From the NCBI RefSeq assembly GCF_009914755.1, contig NC_060926.1: 64,000 nt of DNA; one strand, written 5' to 3'. This DNA is from the human T2T-CHM13v2.0 reference genome, Homo sapiens. Under the pieces are notes generated by a model, which searched no databases, was not told the DNA's origin, and saw nothing but the letters and a program-made list of their open reading frames with translations. Positions within the stretch are counted from its first letter, which is position 1. The number at the start of each line of letters is the position of its first letter. Below are positions 42,012-55,987 of this stretch, one piece after another. The translations under genes and the position numbers were made by a program.

Positions 42012-43545
42012 ATTTTAACCATTTATTTTTAATGTGTATTAATATCTCTGTGGACTTTCAATTTTCTTTTATATAATAGCTGATGATGTTTAGCATCTTT
42101 TTCTGTGCTTGCATGCTCTGTGTATATCTTCAGGGAAATGTGTAATCTTGTCATTTTCTCAATTTCCAATTGGATTGCTGTTTTCTTTTTTTTTTTTAAT
42201 ATTGAGTTTTGGGAAATTTTTTATATTACAGATATTGTATCTTTGTAGAAAATGTAGATTGAAAATACACTTCCCAGTCATTGCTTTTAATCCTTTTCAA
42301 ATCGGCTTTTGCAGAATAAGTTTTTTTTTATATATTGAGGTTGAAGTTTTCTATTTTTTAATGGATTTTTCTTTTAGTGCCAAGTTTTATCTAACCATTG
42401 ATCTCCAAGCTTTTCTCACATTTTTTAACAAAAGTATTATAGTTTTATGTTTTACATTTAAGTGCATAATTTATTTTGACTTGGTTTTTATGCAGTATAA
42501 GTCTTAGGTTGAGGTTGATGTTTATGCCTCTGGAATTCCAATTACTACAGCATCATTAGTTAAACAGTTTCTATTTTCTTTCCTGAATTTCTTTTGTTCT
42601 TTTCTGAAAAATTACTTCAGCATACATGTGTAGAACTTCCTGTGCTCTTTGACCCTCTATTCTACTCTATTGATCTATATGTTTACCCTTCCACCAATAC
42701 TATACTGTCTTAATTTTTGTTGCCATAAAATGTGTTTTTAGCCTTTTGATCTTTTGTTCTTTTCTGAAAAATTACTTCAGCATAGGTGTGTAGAACTTCC
42801 TGTGCTCTTTGGCCTCTATTCTGTTCTATTGATCTATATGTCTACTCTTCCACCAATACCATACTGTCTTAATTTTTCTTGCCATAAAATGAGTTTTTAT
42901 CCTAACGAAACTATTCTTTCTACTTTATTTTTATTTGTTAATATTGTTTTAGCTATTCTAAGGCCTTAACCTTACCGTACAAAAAAAAAAGCAAAAAAAC
43001 CCTTTTTGAGGCTTTGATAGAAATTCTCTTTAACCTATTGACCAATATGGGAGGTCTCAAAGATTTTCTCATAGTTTCAATAAAATTATTATAGTTTTAC
43101 ATTTTACATTTAAGTGCATAACTTATTTTTACTTAAATTTTATATGGTATAAGGCTTAGGTTGATATTTTTACTATTTTGAGGCTTCCAATTTATGAACA
43201 AGTCATGCATCTTCATTGATTTCTTTTATTCATATATGTAATTTTCAGCACATAGTTTTTGTGCATGGTTTTATAAGCACATCAAGTATTTTATTTACCT
43301 TTAATGAATTATAAATGGTATTTTGCTTTTATTTTGGTTTCTATATGTTCACTGTTAGTATATATAAATGCATTGATTCTAATATGTTGATCATGTATCC
43401 TGTAATTTGCTGATATCATTCGTTTGATTTAGAAGACTTATTTGGGTTTTTTTTCTTTTGTTTTATAGATTCCTAGGGACTTTCTATGCAGACAGTCATG
43501 CTATCTTCAATAAAAGCAGTTGTATTATTTCCTTTCCCATCTGCA

Positions 43546-43597
<52 letters not shown>

Positions 43598-44170
43598 CTT
43601 TCTGAACTGGGTAAAACTTCCGGTACTTATTTCAACAACATTGGTGAGAGTAGATATTCTTGTCTTGTTTTCAATCTTATAAGGGTTTTTACCCTTATTT
43701 ATACTGGCTGTAGGTTTTGCTTACTTGTCTGTTTGTTGTTTCTATAAATGGTCTTTATCGATTTGAAGGCTTTCCCTTCTATTGGTAAGAGCTTTTTATC
43801 ATGAATCGGTATGGGATTTTAATAAAAAAATTATAGATCTTTCATCTTCAATTGATAAGAGCACATGATATTTCCTTTTAAACTTGTTGATATGGTGGGT
43901 TACATTGATTTTTAAATATTGAAACAGTTTTGCATACCTGGAATAAATATCACTTGGTCATGTAGTATAATGATTTATACACAGTTGGATTGAAATTGCT
44001 AATATGTTGTTGAAAATTTTTGTATCTAATTTTATAAAATCTACTTGTCTATAATTTTCTTTTTTCATGCTATCTTTGTCTGGTTTTAGTATCAGAGTAA
44101 TACTGGCATCATACAGAAAAGTTGACATGTTTTCTCTCCTTTTCTATTTTTTGGAAGAAATTTTTTAAAA
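42012..44170 (-). mobile_element. Old L1M ORF2 region with local duplications
   Basis: Antisense ORF2 motifs GCATACCTGGAATAAATATCACTTGGTCATG and GTCTGGTTTTAGTATCAGAGTAATACTGGCATCATA. Confidence 0.83.
43550..43595. repeat. Poly(T) 46-mer
   Basis: Uninterrupted T run. Confidence 0.95.
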
Positions 44171-44194
44171 TGAGAACTATAGGTTAGAGCTGAT

Positions 44195-45891
44195 AGAACT
44201 CATTGGCCTAAAGTTAAAGTGTTGCAGGACCGTGTTTCTTCCTGGTCTAGGAAATAATATGTTTCTATGCCCTTTCCAGTTCCTACAGGCCAACCACAAT
44301 CCTTGGCTCATTCATTCTTCCCTTATCTTCAAAGACAGCAACTTTTGGTTATATTTTGTTTTATTTTTTTCAGGATTCTGCTTGTCTGGTTGCCTTTCTC
44401 TTCCACTTTTAAGAAATTTCCTAATTACATTGAGCTCATTTGTATACTGTGGAATATACTCCAAGCTGGCAGTGTTTCTGCTATTACAAAATTCTCAAGA
44501 AATATGTGGGTCTCCTGTGTATGTCACTGGGATTCATTCCATTAGATAAGAATCATCTCCATGGAAATTCCCTCCTCAATTTTTTGACCTCTGATTACAT
44601 GGCTGGGAGTATCCATGAGTCACATGCTTAATTTATTAGAAGAGACTTTTGAATGACTGCATACTCTGGCATTTTCATCTTTTTGAGGTATTAGCAAGAG
44701 GTTCTCTAGCTTTATCCCGGCTTTTTCCATAAAGCATGCTTTCTGACAGTGAATCTCTTAATTTTCATGCTTTCTGCAATTGGATAGGCTGAAAACTTTC
44801 CAAATCACCAATTTCTGCTTCCATTTTGCTTAACAATTTGTATCCCAATTTATCTTTCTTCTTACATTTTACTATAAGCAGTGAGAAGTGACTAGACTAC
44901 AAGGCTTTGCTGGAAAAATTTCAGCTGAATGTCCAATCTCACCCTTTTTACAAGTTCGGCTCTACACATTTTTGCTAAACTTTCTGCCATTTTATCACAA
45001 AGGTAATATTTTCTTCAATTTGCAATAACATTTTCTTTATGTTCTTCTGCACCTTCACCAGCAATGCCATTAATGTACTTCTTTCTATCAATAGTCAGTT
45101 CATAATAATTTCAGTATTCTTGAAGGGAATATGCTTTAAAGGTTTTGTTTACTGAAACGTTATTCTTCTCTATTTTTTTTTCCATTCCTCACCAACAGTG
45201 CCTTTAACATCTGTATTTCTACTAACATCAGAAATGTCAGGTCAGTCAAGGCTTTTTCTATCATGCTCCTGAACATTTCTCCAGGCTCTTTCCACTGCGA
45301 AATTCTAAAGCCACGACCACATTTGTATGTATTTCTTACAGCAGCATTCAACTTCAATTAGAAACTATGTATTTGATCCTTATTGCTGCTGTTAACAAAT
45401 TACCATAAACTTAGTGGCTAAAAACATAACAGATGTATTAGGTCACAGTTCTTTAAGTCAGGAGTTTGACTCTCGTTTCACAAGGCTAAAATCAAGGTGT
45501 TGCAAGCCTGTTTCTTTAAGGGGCTCTGAGAAAGTCTGTTTCCTTGCTCTTTTCAGTTTTTTGAGGCCACCCACCTTTCTTGGCTCTTGCCCTTCTCCCA
45601 TTTTCATCAGCAACTTCAGGCTGTCTTTCTCATGCTGCCATGTCTGGTTCTCTCTCTCTCTCTTTCTTTCTCTCTTCATTCCCCTCTTCAACTTTTAATG
45701 AGCATTCTGACATCATTGTAACCACCTGGGTAATCCTAGATCATCTGTCAAGCCTAATGTCAGTTTAGTAACTAAGGATTAGGAATCTCACTTCCATTTT
45801 TCAAGTGTCTTTGACCTGTAGACTAGCATATTCACAGGTTCCAGGGATTAGGATGTTGACTTCTTTGGAGTGCTATTAATATGACTATACA
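44195..45891 (-). mobile_element. MLT1D-like MaLR relic: LTR (45368-45891), internal region, partial second LTR (44195-44440)
   Basis: Right end is the reverse complement of MLT1D start ...CATCCTAATCCCTGGAACCTGTGAATATG. Adjacent sequence matches the MLT1 internal start (TGCTGCTGTAAGAAATAC...GAGCATGATAGAAAAAGCCT). Second LTR piece is in the same orientation. Confidence 0.8.
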
Positions 45892-46087
45892 AATACCAAA
45901 GACAATAATAAATATGTGTACATAGCCTCTCATTATAGTTCTGCTTCCCACAGAAGCTTCCTTGGGGACACTTAAGGACAAATTGGGCTGAAAATATGAA
46001 AATTAAAGTTGACAACGGTTTTCTCTGTCCCTCTCTAAGAACATACACATCTGCAGAGGATGATTTCTGGTTAACTAGTCTGGAAAT

Positions 46088-46097
46088 TTTATTATTT

Positions 46098-46134
<37 letters not shown>
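46088..46134. repeat. (TTTA)n microsatellite
   Basis: Directly visible. Confidence 0.92.
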
Positions 46135-46135
<1 letters not shown>

Positions 46136-47857
46136 ACCAAGCTTTAAACTTTGACACATGTTAACTCAAGAACTCGAGAAGTCATAGCCGTGGGTTTTAG
46201 CTTCGGTGTTTCTCTCTTTTGGCAGCAAGTCTGCATCAGCTGGTTTTATTTTATTTTAAACAATCTCATGGTCCCACACTCTTTTTAATCATTTTAAATT
46301 GAGAGGAGCTTTATTTAAGCCATTTTTTTTCCAACGTCTTTGATATCTACCTAGTCTTATATAAATATTAAATTTACATGATGCAATTAAAGTAAAATTT
46401 TGCAGACCAAACAAAGCATATTTGCTGGTTGAGATTAAACTACAGGCCACACTACAACCTCTACCTTAGAAACACTTGAACATGTTCTAAATCTTTGATA
46501 CAACCACATGAGAAGCAGCATTCTTATAAGCTGGTGTGATTTTTATATGAGAATTTTATTCATGTTTTATGATTCTTAAATTTCAATAGATATAGAGGTG
46601 AAAAATAAATACATAATATTATCCCCATGATTTTCTAAAATTTCAATTTTCTTTTCAAGTTACCAATGTTGGAAAAATAAGCCTTATCAAAATACTTTCT
46701 ACCCAGTTCCCATTTCCCATCCATGCTGTCTTTTCTCAGGGCGTTTCTGAGTAGATCAGAGATAAAGCATAAGGCAGGAGTTATGTAAATCGCCGAGTTT
46801 GCATTCTTTCTTCCCAAGTTTCTATTACCTGAAAATGATTACATTTTATTATAGAAACTATTGCAAGGAATTTTTAATTCACTGAGTTTTTTTTTTAACA
46901 TATAAATAACTTGCCAATCAAATAAGAGAATAGAAACCACACATTATGGTAATAAATGAGAAACTTTGAGCTACTCAATGAAAATATAATCTTTTCTGAA
47001 ATACAAGAAAGATGATAGACTATGGAATGCCATCATACTGAATTCTCTCATATTACAGATTATTAGAAAAAGGATCAATAAAAAGAGTCTTGCTAATGTC
47101 ATCAGAATTGCATGCTTTGATTTCCTTTGACACTTTTCCAGTAAAATTAGGAAAAGTTACCACAAAAACACACTCACAGAAATATATGTTAGACAGATTA
47201 TTATCTGTTTAATGTGGATTTCTATACAGTATCTTCATCTCTTTGCCACTCCAAACTAATTTATCATTTATGAACTCAGATTACCACTCTAGCCAGACTA
47301 ACTCAGATCAACTGCTGGTGGTCTCTTAATTAAATTTCCCATAAAACATGTTAAAATTTACCCTTTTTTATTTCAGAAAATGCCCTCATCTAATCCTATC
47401 AACTGCCTTCTCCATGTGGGGCACTGATAGTTTTGTGGGGAGAGTGAAGCTCATGGGTTTAATGCTAATTCTAACTGCAATTTACCAGTTCATGGCTGTA
47501 GCACTGATCTTGTGTAAAATAATAATGACAGTGGTGCCTTGCGGGGTTCTGAAGAGACTAAGTGGATCACGTGTGGGCATGTTTAAGGTGCCTGGCATGA
47601 CACCTGGATTAGAGCAATATTCAAAAAATGTTAGTTTCTCTTCTTCTTTCTTCTTCTAACATCTGACTCAAGATTTAGCTACTCCCACTTGTAATGACTG
47701 GTTGACTTTATTCCTCTTTCGTCACTACTTTTATATAATACTGTTTCAGTGCGTATGTTTTCATTGGTCACTGGATTATACACATTTTCTAGTTATTGTT
47801 TTTAGTGTTTCTTGATATACACTATTGTGAAATTTTTGTAATTCAAGTGTCCTTATA

Positions 47858-48491
47858 CAGTAGTCCTTCTTTATACACAGTTTCACTTCCCATGGTTTCA
47901 GTTACCCACAGTCCAGTGGGGTCTGAAAATATAAAATGGAAAACTCCAGAAATAAGCTATTCATAAGTTTTAAATTGTTAGCTGTTCTGAGTAGTGTGAC
48001 AAAATCCCCCACGGCCTCACATCCTTCTACCCAGGACACAAATCATTCCTTTGTCTGACATATCCAAGCCGTGTGGGTTACCCATGCGTTAATAGCTTAG
48101 CCTTCTCAGTTACCACATTGTCTCAGTATTGCAATGCTTGGGTTCAAGTAACCCTCGTTTTTAGTGAATAAGGACCCCAAAATGCTAGAGTAGTAAAGCC
48201 AGCAATTCAGATATGCCAAAGAGAAGCTGTAAAGAGCTTGCTTTAAATGAAAACGTGGAAGTTTGGACTTAAAAAAATAAAATTTTAAAAAACCCTTTAT
48301 TTCAGTATTTTATTATATATCCTGTTTTATTATGAGATGTTGATCTGTCACTGTGACTAATTTATAAATTAAAGTCTTTAATAGGTATGTATGAATAAGA
48401 ATAAACATAGTATGTACAGGGATTGGTACTCTGTGGTTTTAGGCATCCACTGGGGTCTTAGAACCTATCCTCCGTGCACAGAGTGACACTG
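47858..48491 (+). mobile_element. MER44 (Tigger7-derived) DNA transposon
   Basis: TA|CAGTAGTCC...GGTTTCAGTTACCCAC start, transposase 5' remnant GATATGCCAAAGAGAAGC, end GGCATCCACTGGGGTCTTAGAAC. Confidence 0.88.
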
Positions 48492-48939
48492 TGTTACTTC
48501 CACTGCCCTCAGACAGAAAAGTGCTACATCAGATGGTTGTGAGTTATGAAGAGAATTAACAACATTAGAAAGCACCATATTTGGCCTTATAATTTTAAGA
48601 ATTATATTCTTAAAAATGTTCACCAAGTAAAGAATACATAAATAAGACATGCATGTCCTTTCTCACTTGGTAGGATAAAAATTAGTAGTATACCTCACCA
48701 CCTTACTTCCGATAGGCTGTTGGCATGCATTTATGACAAGAGACATAAATGAACTCCCTTAGGGTCATCAGTGAAAACACGCCTTCCTTCACTGCACTTA
48801 TTTGTTTTGTCTAAGATTTCAGGACATAAGATTTTGCTGCTTCTTACTTTTAGAGACTTCCCAAATAACTATAACAATAGTCATGACTTACACTTAAAAG
48901 TAAACACAGGCTGTTCAGGAAATCTCCTTTCCTTGAGAT

Positions 48940-49082
48940 AGGTACTATTTTCTGAGTTACAAAAATGAGAGAACTGAGGCTCAGAATAGTGAAAAAAAAT
49001 TGCAAAGTCAAAGGCAAGAAAATGTGAGAACTAGGCTTTCCGTCCAAATCTATTAAGTTCCAAAACCCATGCCCTTCTCCCT
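48940..49082 (-). mobile_element. MIR fragment
   Basis: ATGAGAGAACTGAGGCTCAGA core. Confidence 0.65.
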
Positions 49083-49299
49083 GTCAAACACAGATTCTTC
49101 CCCATGGATCCATATTTTCCTCTTGGCTTTAGAGTCCTTGTTTATGTCTCTCTGCTTAAAATGACCTTCCACCTAGATTGTTACTCTCTGCCAGATATCT
49201 GAAACTTAAGTAAATTTCTAGATTATTCCTCTCCAGGCTTGCCTTGTGCTTTTGCTGCCAGTGTTTCAGCTCATGAAGCAAGATCCCATGGGAACAATC

Positions 49300-49362
49300 A
49301 AAAAAAAAGAAAGAAAGAAAGAAAGAAAGAAAAAGAAAAGAAAAGAAAAAAGAAAAGGAAAC
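49300..49362. repeat. (AAAG)n/(AAAAG)n microsatellite
   Basis: Directly visible. Confidence 0.9.
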
Positions 49363-50599
49363 AGATTCTAAGAAACCATGGCAATGGGTGTTTGTAACAG
49401 CTCAGATATATAGCCCCATTGCTAGGGAATTTCTATTGGACTGCGAGTCACACATTGAAACAGATTTTAGTTAAATCAAGCTCTGACATGATTGTAACAA
49501 AAACCAAATGAAACGTCTGCCAAAACAGAAATTGTGTCAAATTCCTAAACAAGGAAGAATGTCTATAATGGGTGCCACATCTGAACAGCAGTTAAACAAG
49601 TTTTGGTAAAGTTTACAAAATTCTCAATGGATTTTTTGGTGTCATTAGACAATGTTTTTCCTATTTATTTTAACTCATCTTGGAAATTGTTTTTTCAAAT
49701 ATACAAGAAAGAAGTAAGTTGGAGCATCAAAATATGGGATAAGGTTAAGTTCAATTTATTCATTGATTATGTAGTGTCATTCACGAAGAAATGGAACACA
49801 ACAGTTCGGCATCTGACCCCACAGTCTGCATTAGTTAAGTTGTGTCTAGGTGGGATCATACTTCCAGAAGAAAAGGACTGAAGCTCACGTATGTCCAAAT
49901 AGCCTGCAGACTTACTGGATTTTTCCAATTTTCTCTTAAAGTCTGTGTTTATATAGACAGATCACATGACAGCAATAGCCAAGTGAGTCTTAGTTGGCAA
50001 TACTGAGCTTTTCTCTCATGAATAGAGTGCATTTTGTACAACAGAACAGTAATATCATGTAATAGGAAATCCATAAGAAGCTTTGATTGTGATGGACATT
50101 GCCCTTACAATAGCTTTACTAACATGGTTGTATGATAGCTTTCAAATTTTTAGGTGCAATATGCAGACATAGCAACATCTATAATGAAAAGAGGGGCCAT
50201 CTGTTTTTATGTCTTTATGTTTAGGAGCAAAGACAACTTCCTCAGCAACTTTGATGTTGTGTCATGTTGGACTGGTTGGCCATCTGAAGCTAGGCACTAA
50301 TAAAGGGAATGGGATTATTGGGTTGTGTTAGATTAATGATCCAAGGAGCGATGATGTGGGGAATCAACCAGCATGACCATCATAGGCATGAAACTGCAGA
50401 TCTCCTATGTCTTGGGAATCAGCACTGGGAGGCTTAAGAAGCAGTAGCAGCAGAAAGCAGCAGGCATGGTTGACAAAACCAAGAGTAAGAACAAATGCTC
50501 TGAGCAAGAATTTTCCTTTTTCTAGGTTGATTTCCCAAGCAATTAATTAAGAAGGAGATTAGGAATCACTAGAGGATTTACCTTTACAAAATATATCTG

Positions 50600-50740
50600 G
50601 TTAGCATAATCTCTTCTCTAACTTTGAGCAAGATAATTAATTATCTATGCCTCAGTTTCCTTGTCTGAGAATGAGAGCTTTAATTGTTCTAACTATGTCA
50701 TAGTCATTCACACAATTTTATGAGTTACATGAGCCATTAT
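50600..50740 (+). mobile_element. MIR fragment
   Basis: CTATGCCTCAGTTTCCTTGTCTGAGAATGAG core. Confidence 0.6.
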
Positions 50741-52039
50741 TCTGAATTCAGTGAGTTTTTATCAAGTTCTTCCTATGTACCTGAATTTAAAAATGAAGAA
50801 ATGCAGACTATTTTATACTTTTGCACAATATTATTATTTTTATTATATTAACATTAGTTTTTATTGAATGCCATAATCAGTTCAATTTTAAACACCAAAA
50901 TAAGTATATGGACACAAATTATTTTTGATGCTCTTCAATTTGTATCTGGGTATTTCTGAAAATCAAAAAAATAATAATTTGGATTCTTTCCAAATAATAT
51001 ACCCCACCTTCAATCAAAAAAAGAGCAAAAATGGGGGAAGAAAAACAAAAAAAAAATGTGAAGAAATCAAGCAAGACACTTCATTAATGTAAGCTTTAGT
51101 TTCTTCCTTTTTTATTTCACTTTACACAATTTCCTTTTGTACACAAGTCTGCTTCCTCAACTGCAAATTTCAAGGATCAGCAGCCAATGTTTACAGCTCC
51201 TTTTTATGGACTCAAGAAGTTACAAAGAACATATTAACTACTGAACTTTTGGACAATTCGTCACCACTATTATTGCAAAGATATTTTTGTTATTAGAAGA
51301 GTTTAATAACTCATAAAATTCCTGTATAGTTATATTTGTTTGGATTATAGATACCTACACCCTGTTCAAAAAGGCTAATGCTTGAAAGCTCTACTCTTCA
51401 CACTGAACAAGTATTTACCCACAGAAATAGTGAACACACTTCAATTTCTAACACAACCTTATCTGAATAGCTTTAGAATATAAACAAAATATGCCAAGAG
51501 GAAGTTTACTATTGCACTCTATATTTCCATCACATAACAAAATCTACACTTGGAAAGAAATGACAGAAACTGACTATAAAGAATTAGATCTTGCTTTTTT
51601 TCAGTAGATACTATTGACACCCTTTTTGGGGTACTACTAAGCAGTAATATGAGAAGTAAGTAATTCAGCATTTATCTTTTTAGAAGGCAGGTGGATATTG
51701 TTAATTCTCACCCCACTGAACACCTCCTGACCAGTCTCCAAACCTACCGTTTCCCATTACCACGAAGAGTATTGTCAATATACACATCATCATGTGAATA
51801 GCTTGCAGTGAGCTAAATACATAATTCCATCTCCTTTCAAATGTTAATCACTAAGAGATGTTGGTAGTTTATGTCATGGAATATCTCAAATTTGTTGTCT
51901 CTTCATCTTCTCATTGTCATTGAATTACAGTCTCTTAGCATTTTTTCTACATCCAAATCCCTCTTCCCTAATTCATTCTGGTTTTCAGCAGATTAATCTT
52001 CAATTATTTATCATCACTATAGTCTTCTTCGTAGTCATC

Positions 52040-52559
<520 letters not shown>

Positions 52560-53290
52560 AAGTCTCAATCTTAGCCATGACATCAAGAATAGCACATGGA
52601 AATCAAAAAGAGGAACTTGTTTATTTTAGGGAAACTCTCATGGTTGAACACAGCCATGATATTTGCCTACCTTCCAAAATTGATTCAGATGTCCTTTTAT
52701 GTCAATTCCCACAGGGGAGTAATTTTTATTTATAACTTTATATTCGTCACAAAGGATAAAGTGAAAAGAAGCAAACAGATGCTCTAGATTGGTCAATATA
52801 CTTTACATGTATGAAAATAACATACTAGCATGTGTGTTCTGTAATTGTTCATTCTGTCTTTTCTTCTGACACATGGTATGAGCATAATGTATGTGAACTC
52901 ATTAAAATAAAAATAAGTATTGGTGAATTCCCTAATCAGGATGATGAAAGTTACTTTAGTAGGTTTCAAATTCTGGTGGTTCCTTTCATACTCCATATTG
53001 ATCAGTACTCCATATTGATCAGATATAAGAAAAGCAGTTTATGTTGGAATTATGATGTTCACAGTTGTCATTCCCCAAATTAACATTATATAGAACATAA
53101 GCAAGAAAAGATGTTCTATGTAAGAAGGATTTTGTACTCAAATATGCTTTGCAAAATTAACCCTATCTTGGAGATACACAACAAATAATAGTGTATCATA
53201 GGCTTTTAAACAAAATTGCTTAAATTTTTAAAACTGTAGCTTCTAAAATATATTTGATCACAATTCTGTAGTTGGTGTTGATATTGTTTC

Positions 53291-53407
53291 TTTTTTCTTT
53301 TTTTAAAATGTTGGCCAGACTACTCTGAAACTCCTGATCTCAAGTGATCTGCCCATCTCGGCCTCCCAAAGTGCTGGGATTACAGGCATGAGCCACCATG
53401 CTTGGCC
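53291..53407 (-). mobile_element. Partial Alu (first ~100 nt of left arm joined to an A-rich tail)
   Basis: CTCAAGTGATCTGCCCATCTCGGCCTCCCAAAGTGCTGGGATTACAGGC, flanked by GATATT on both sides. Confidence 0.9.
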
Positions 53408-54967
53408 GATATTTTTTTTTCTTCTCATGTTTCTTTAACATCTTGTGATTTTTATTTTAGGAAGTGTAATTCTATGCATTTCTTTAAATATAAATGTCCT
53501 TCTCAAATGTGTTCTGTCTGTAGTGTATACATGTATGTGTGTGTGTATATAAATGTGTGTGTGTAGACAGGATGTGTTTAGTCCTCTCAAGAAAAGAAAA
53601 AATAATATATTTTAGCATGAAATCTCTTCCCCATTTTTCAAAAATTTATTTTCCGTATTCCCCTTGTAGCTTTCTTTATCAATTATACTTTAACTGCAAT
53701 ATCTCAGGTTGAAGTGTCCTTTGGCATCCAGTAATGCATCCAAAAGGTTCTGGTGTTAAACTATTTCTTTCTAACAAGTCAGTTACTTCTGTTTAATGTC
53801 ACTGTTCCAAATAAAACTTTAAAATGCTGTTCACTGCAGTTCATGATATGTCCATATCTGCTGGAGTTTGAGACCCTTCATCAGCTTACCCTACCTTATC
53901 TATAATCTTATTTCCCATTGGTCTCCAATGAATGTACTCTAAATTATATGGGTATGAGTGATGAAGCAGCACCACCACCAAGAACTATTTCTAAAATGAA
54001 AAGATAGTAGTCTTAAATGAAGGAGTTATGATATCCATGTTTCTACCCAATATGGTTAAATTTTCACCTCAGATTCCAATTACAAAGTAACACTTATCAC
54101 CAAGAGGAGTAAAATATTGTCTATACACCCAGAGCTGCAGAGAATACGGAAGGTGAGATAGAACAGGCAGAGATAAACTCCCATTAAAGCAGAAAGGGAA
54201 TATTGTCTCAAGTTTACATATAAAGGTGGCCGACCTCTCCCACCTTCCCCCAGAATTCCTTGAACTAACTCTACCTAACATGTTTAACACTAAGTACAGT
54301 CTGAGACTAAAAATTCCACTTTTTTTATTTTTTAGAAGAAATTGTGTTGGACAAATAAAAGCAAAAATTAAAAAAATTAAAAAGGAAATTAGTACATAAA
54401 TCTGTTGAGGAATAATCTCAAAAATTTTTCATGGCTAAGGAGTTTTACAATTTTATATTTTTATTGTAAGTTTAAATTCAGATTAAGCCATTTTTTCCCA
54501 GTACCTAGTGTACATATACAGTAGTCCTCCCTTATTTGCAGTTCCACTTCCCATGATTTCAGTTACCCACAGTCAACCGTGGTTTGAAAATGTTAAATGA
54601 AATATTTTAGATTAATCACAAGTTTTAAATTGGCTACGATTCTAGGTAGCATAATGAAATATCATTCCATTCCACTCCATATCACCCAGGATGTGATCCT
54701 CCATTTGTGCAGTGTATCCATGCTGTATATAGGACCCGCCCATTAGTCACTTAGAACCCATCTCAATGATCAGATCCACTGTCATAGTATCACAGTACTT
54801 GTGTCCACATCACCCTTATTTTACGTTGTAATGGCCCCAAAGTGCAAGAGTATTGTTTGTAATTTGTAAATTAAACTTTATCACAGGCATGATATTGCTA
54901 AAATCTTACCTATGATAAAGGTATTGTTAAGATATTGTTTAAAAAAATACACAGTACATGTATATAG

Positions 54968-55987
54968 CAATGATCCTCCATTTTTAATGGGGTTATGTCC
55001 TTATAACCCCATCCTAAGTAAAATGTTGTGTCAAAAATGCTTCTAATGCTCAACATCACTAATCATTAGAAAAATGCAAACCAGAAGCACAGTGAGATGC
55101 CATTCCACACTAGTCAGAATGTCTTTCATTAAAAAGTCAAAAAATAACAGATGATGACAAGGTTGTGTGGAGAAAAGCTCATGCTTATACACTGCTGGTG
55201 GGAATGTAAGTTAGGTCAGCAATTGTGGAAAGCAGTGTGGCATTTCCTCAAAGAACTTAAAATAGAATTGCTGTTTAACCCAGCAGTGCCATTATTGGGT
55301 ATATACCCCCCAAATTTTAAATTATTCTAACACATGGACACTTGTACATGTATGTTTATCATAGCACTTTTCACAATATCAAAGACATCAAATCAACCTA
55401 AATGCCCATCAGCGGTAGACTGGATAAAGAAAATGTGGTACATACACAACATGGAATACTACTTGAACATAAAAAATAACAAGATCATTTCTTTTACAGC
55501 AACATGGATGGAACTGAAGGCCATTATCCTAAACAAACTAATGCAGGAAGAGAAAACCAAATACCACATGTTTTCATGTATAAATGGAAGCTAAACAATG
55601 AGAACACATGAACATAAAGAGGCAAACAACAGACATCAAGTCCTACTTGAGAGTGGTGGATGGGAGGAGGGGAAAGATAAAAAAAACTACCTATGGGATA
55701 CTATGCTTATTACCCTAGTGGTAAATAATATGTCCAAAAAGCCCATGTGACATGCAGTTTACCTATATAACGAACCCGCACATGTACCCCTGAACCTAAA
55801 ATAAAAGACTTAAAAAATTTAAAAAATGCATTTTGTACTCCAATAAACCCATCATAAAGTTGTAAAATTATAAGTTAAACCATCATAACTTCAGATACTT
55901 CTAGATTTACAATGGGATTACATCTCAAAAAACCAATCATACAGTTAAAAATTTTAAGTTGAATCATCATTAGATGGGGACCATCTT
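54968..55987 (+). mobile_element. MER47-family Tigger element split by L1PA
   Basis: ATGGGGTTATGTCC...AACCCCATCCTAAGT on the left. AAACCCATCATAAAGTTG...GGGGACCATCT on the right. Confidence 0.72.
55046..55821 (+). mobile_element. 5'-truncated L1PA13-16-like 3' end
   Basis: ORF2 C-terminus (DTCTCMFIIALFTI...WIKKMWYIHNMEYY) and 3' UTR ending CACATGTACCCCTGAACCTAAAATAAAAG. Confidence 0.92.

Noticed and set aside
55046-55821. Displaced 3' end of the 16.5-22.9 kb L1PA
   Set aside because: It overlaps that element in L1 coordinates and has its own flanking duplication inside MER47, so it is an independent insertion.
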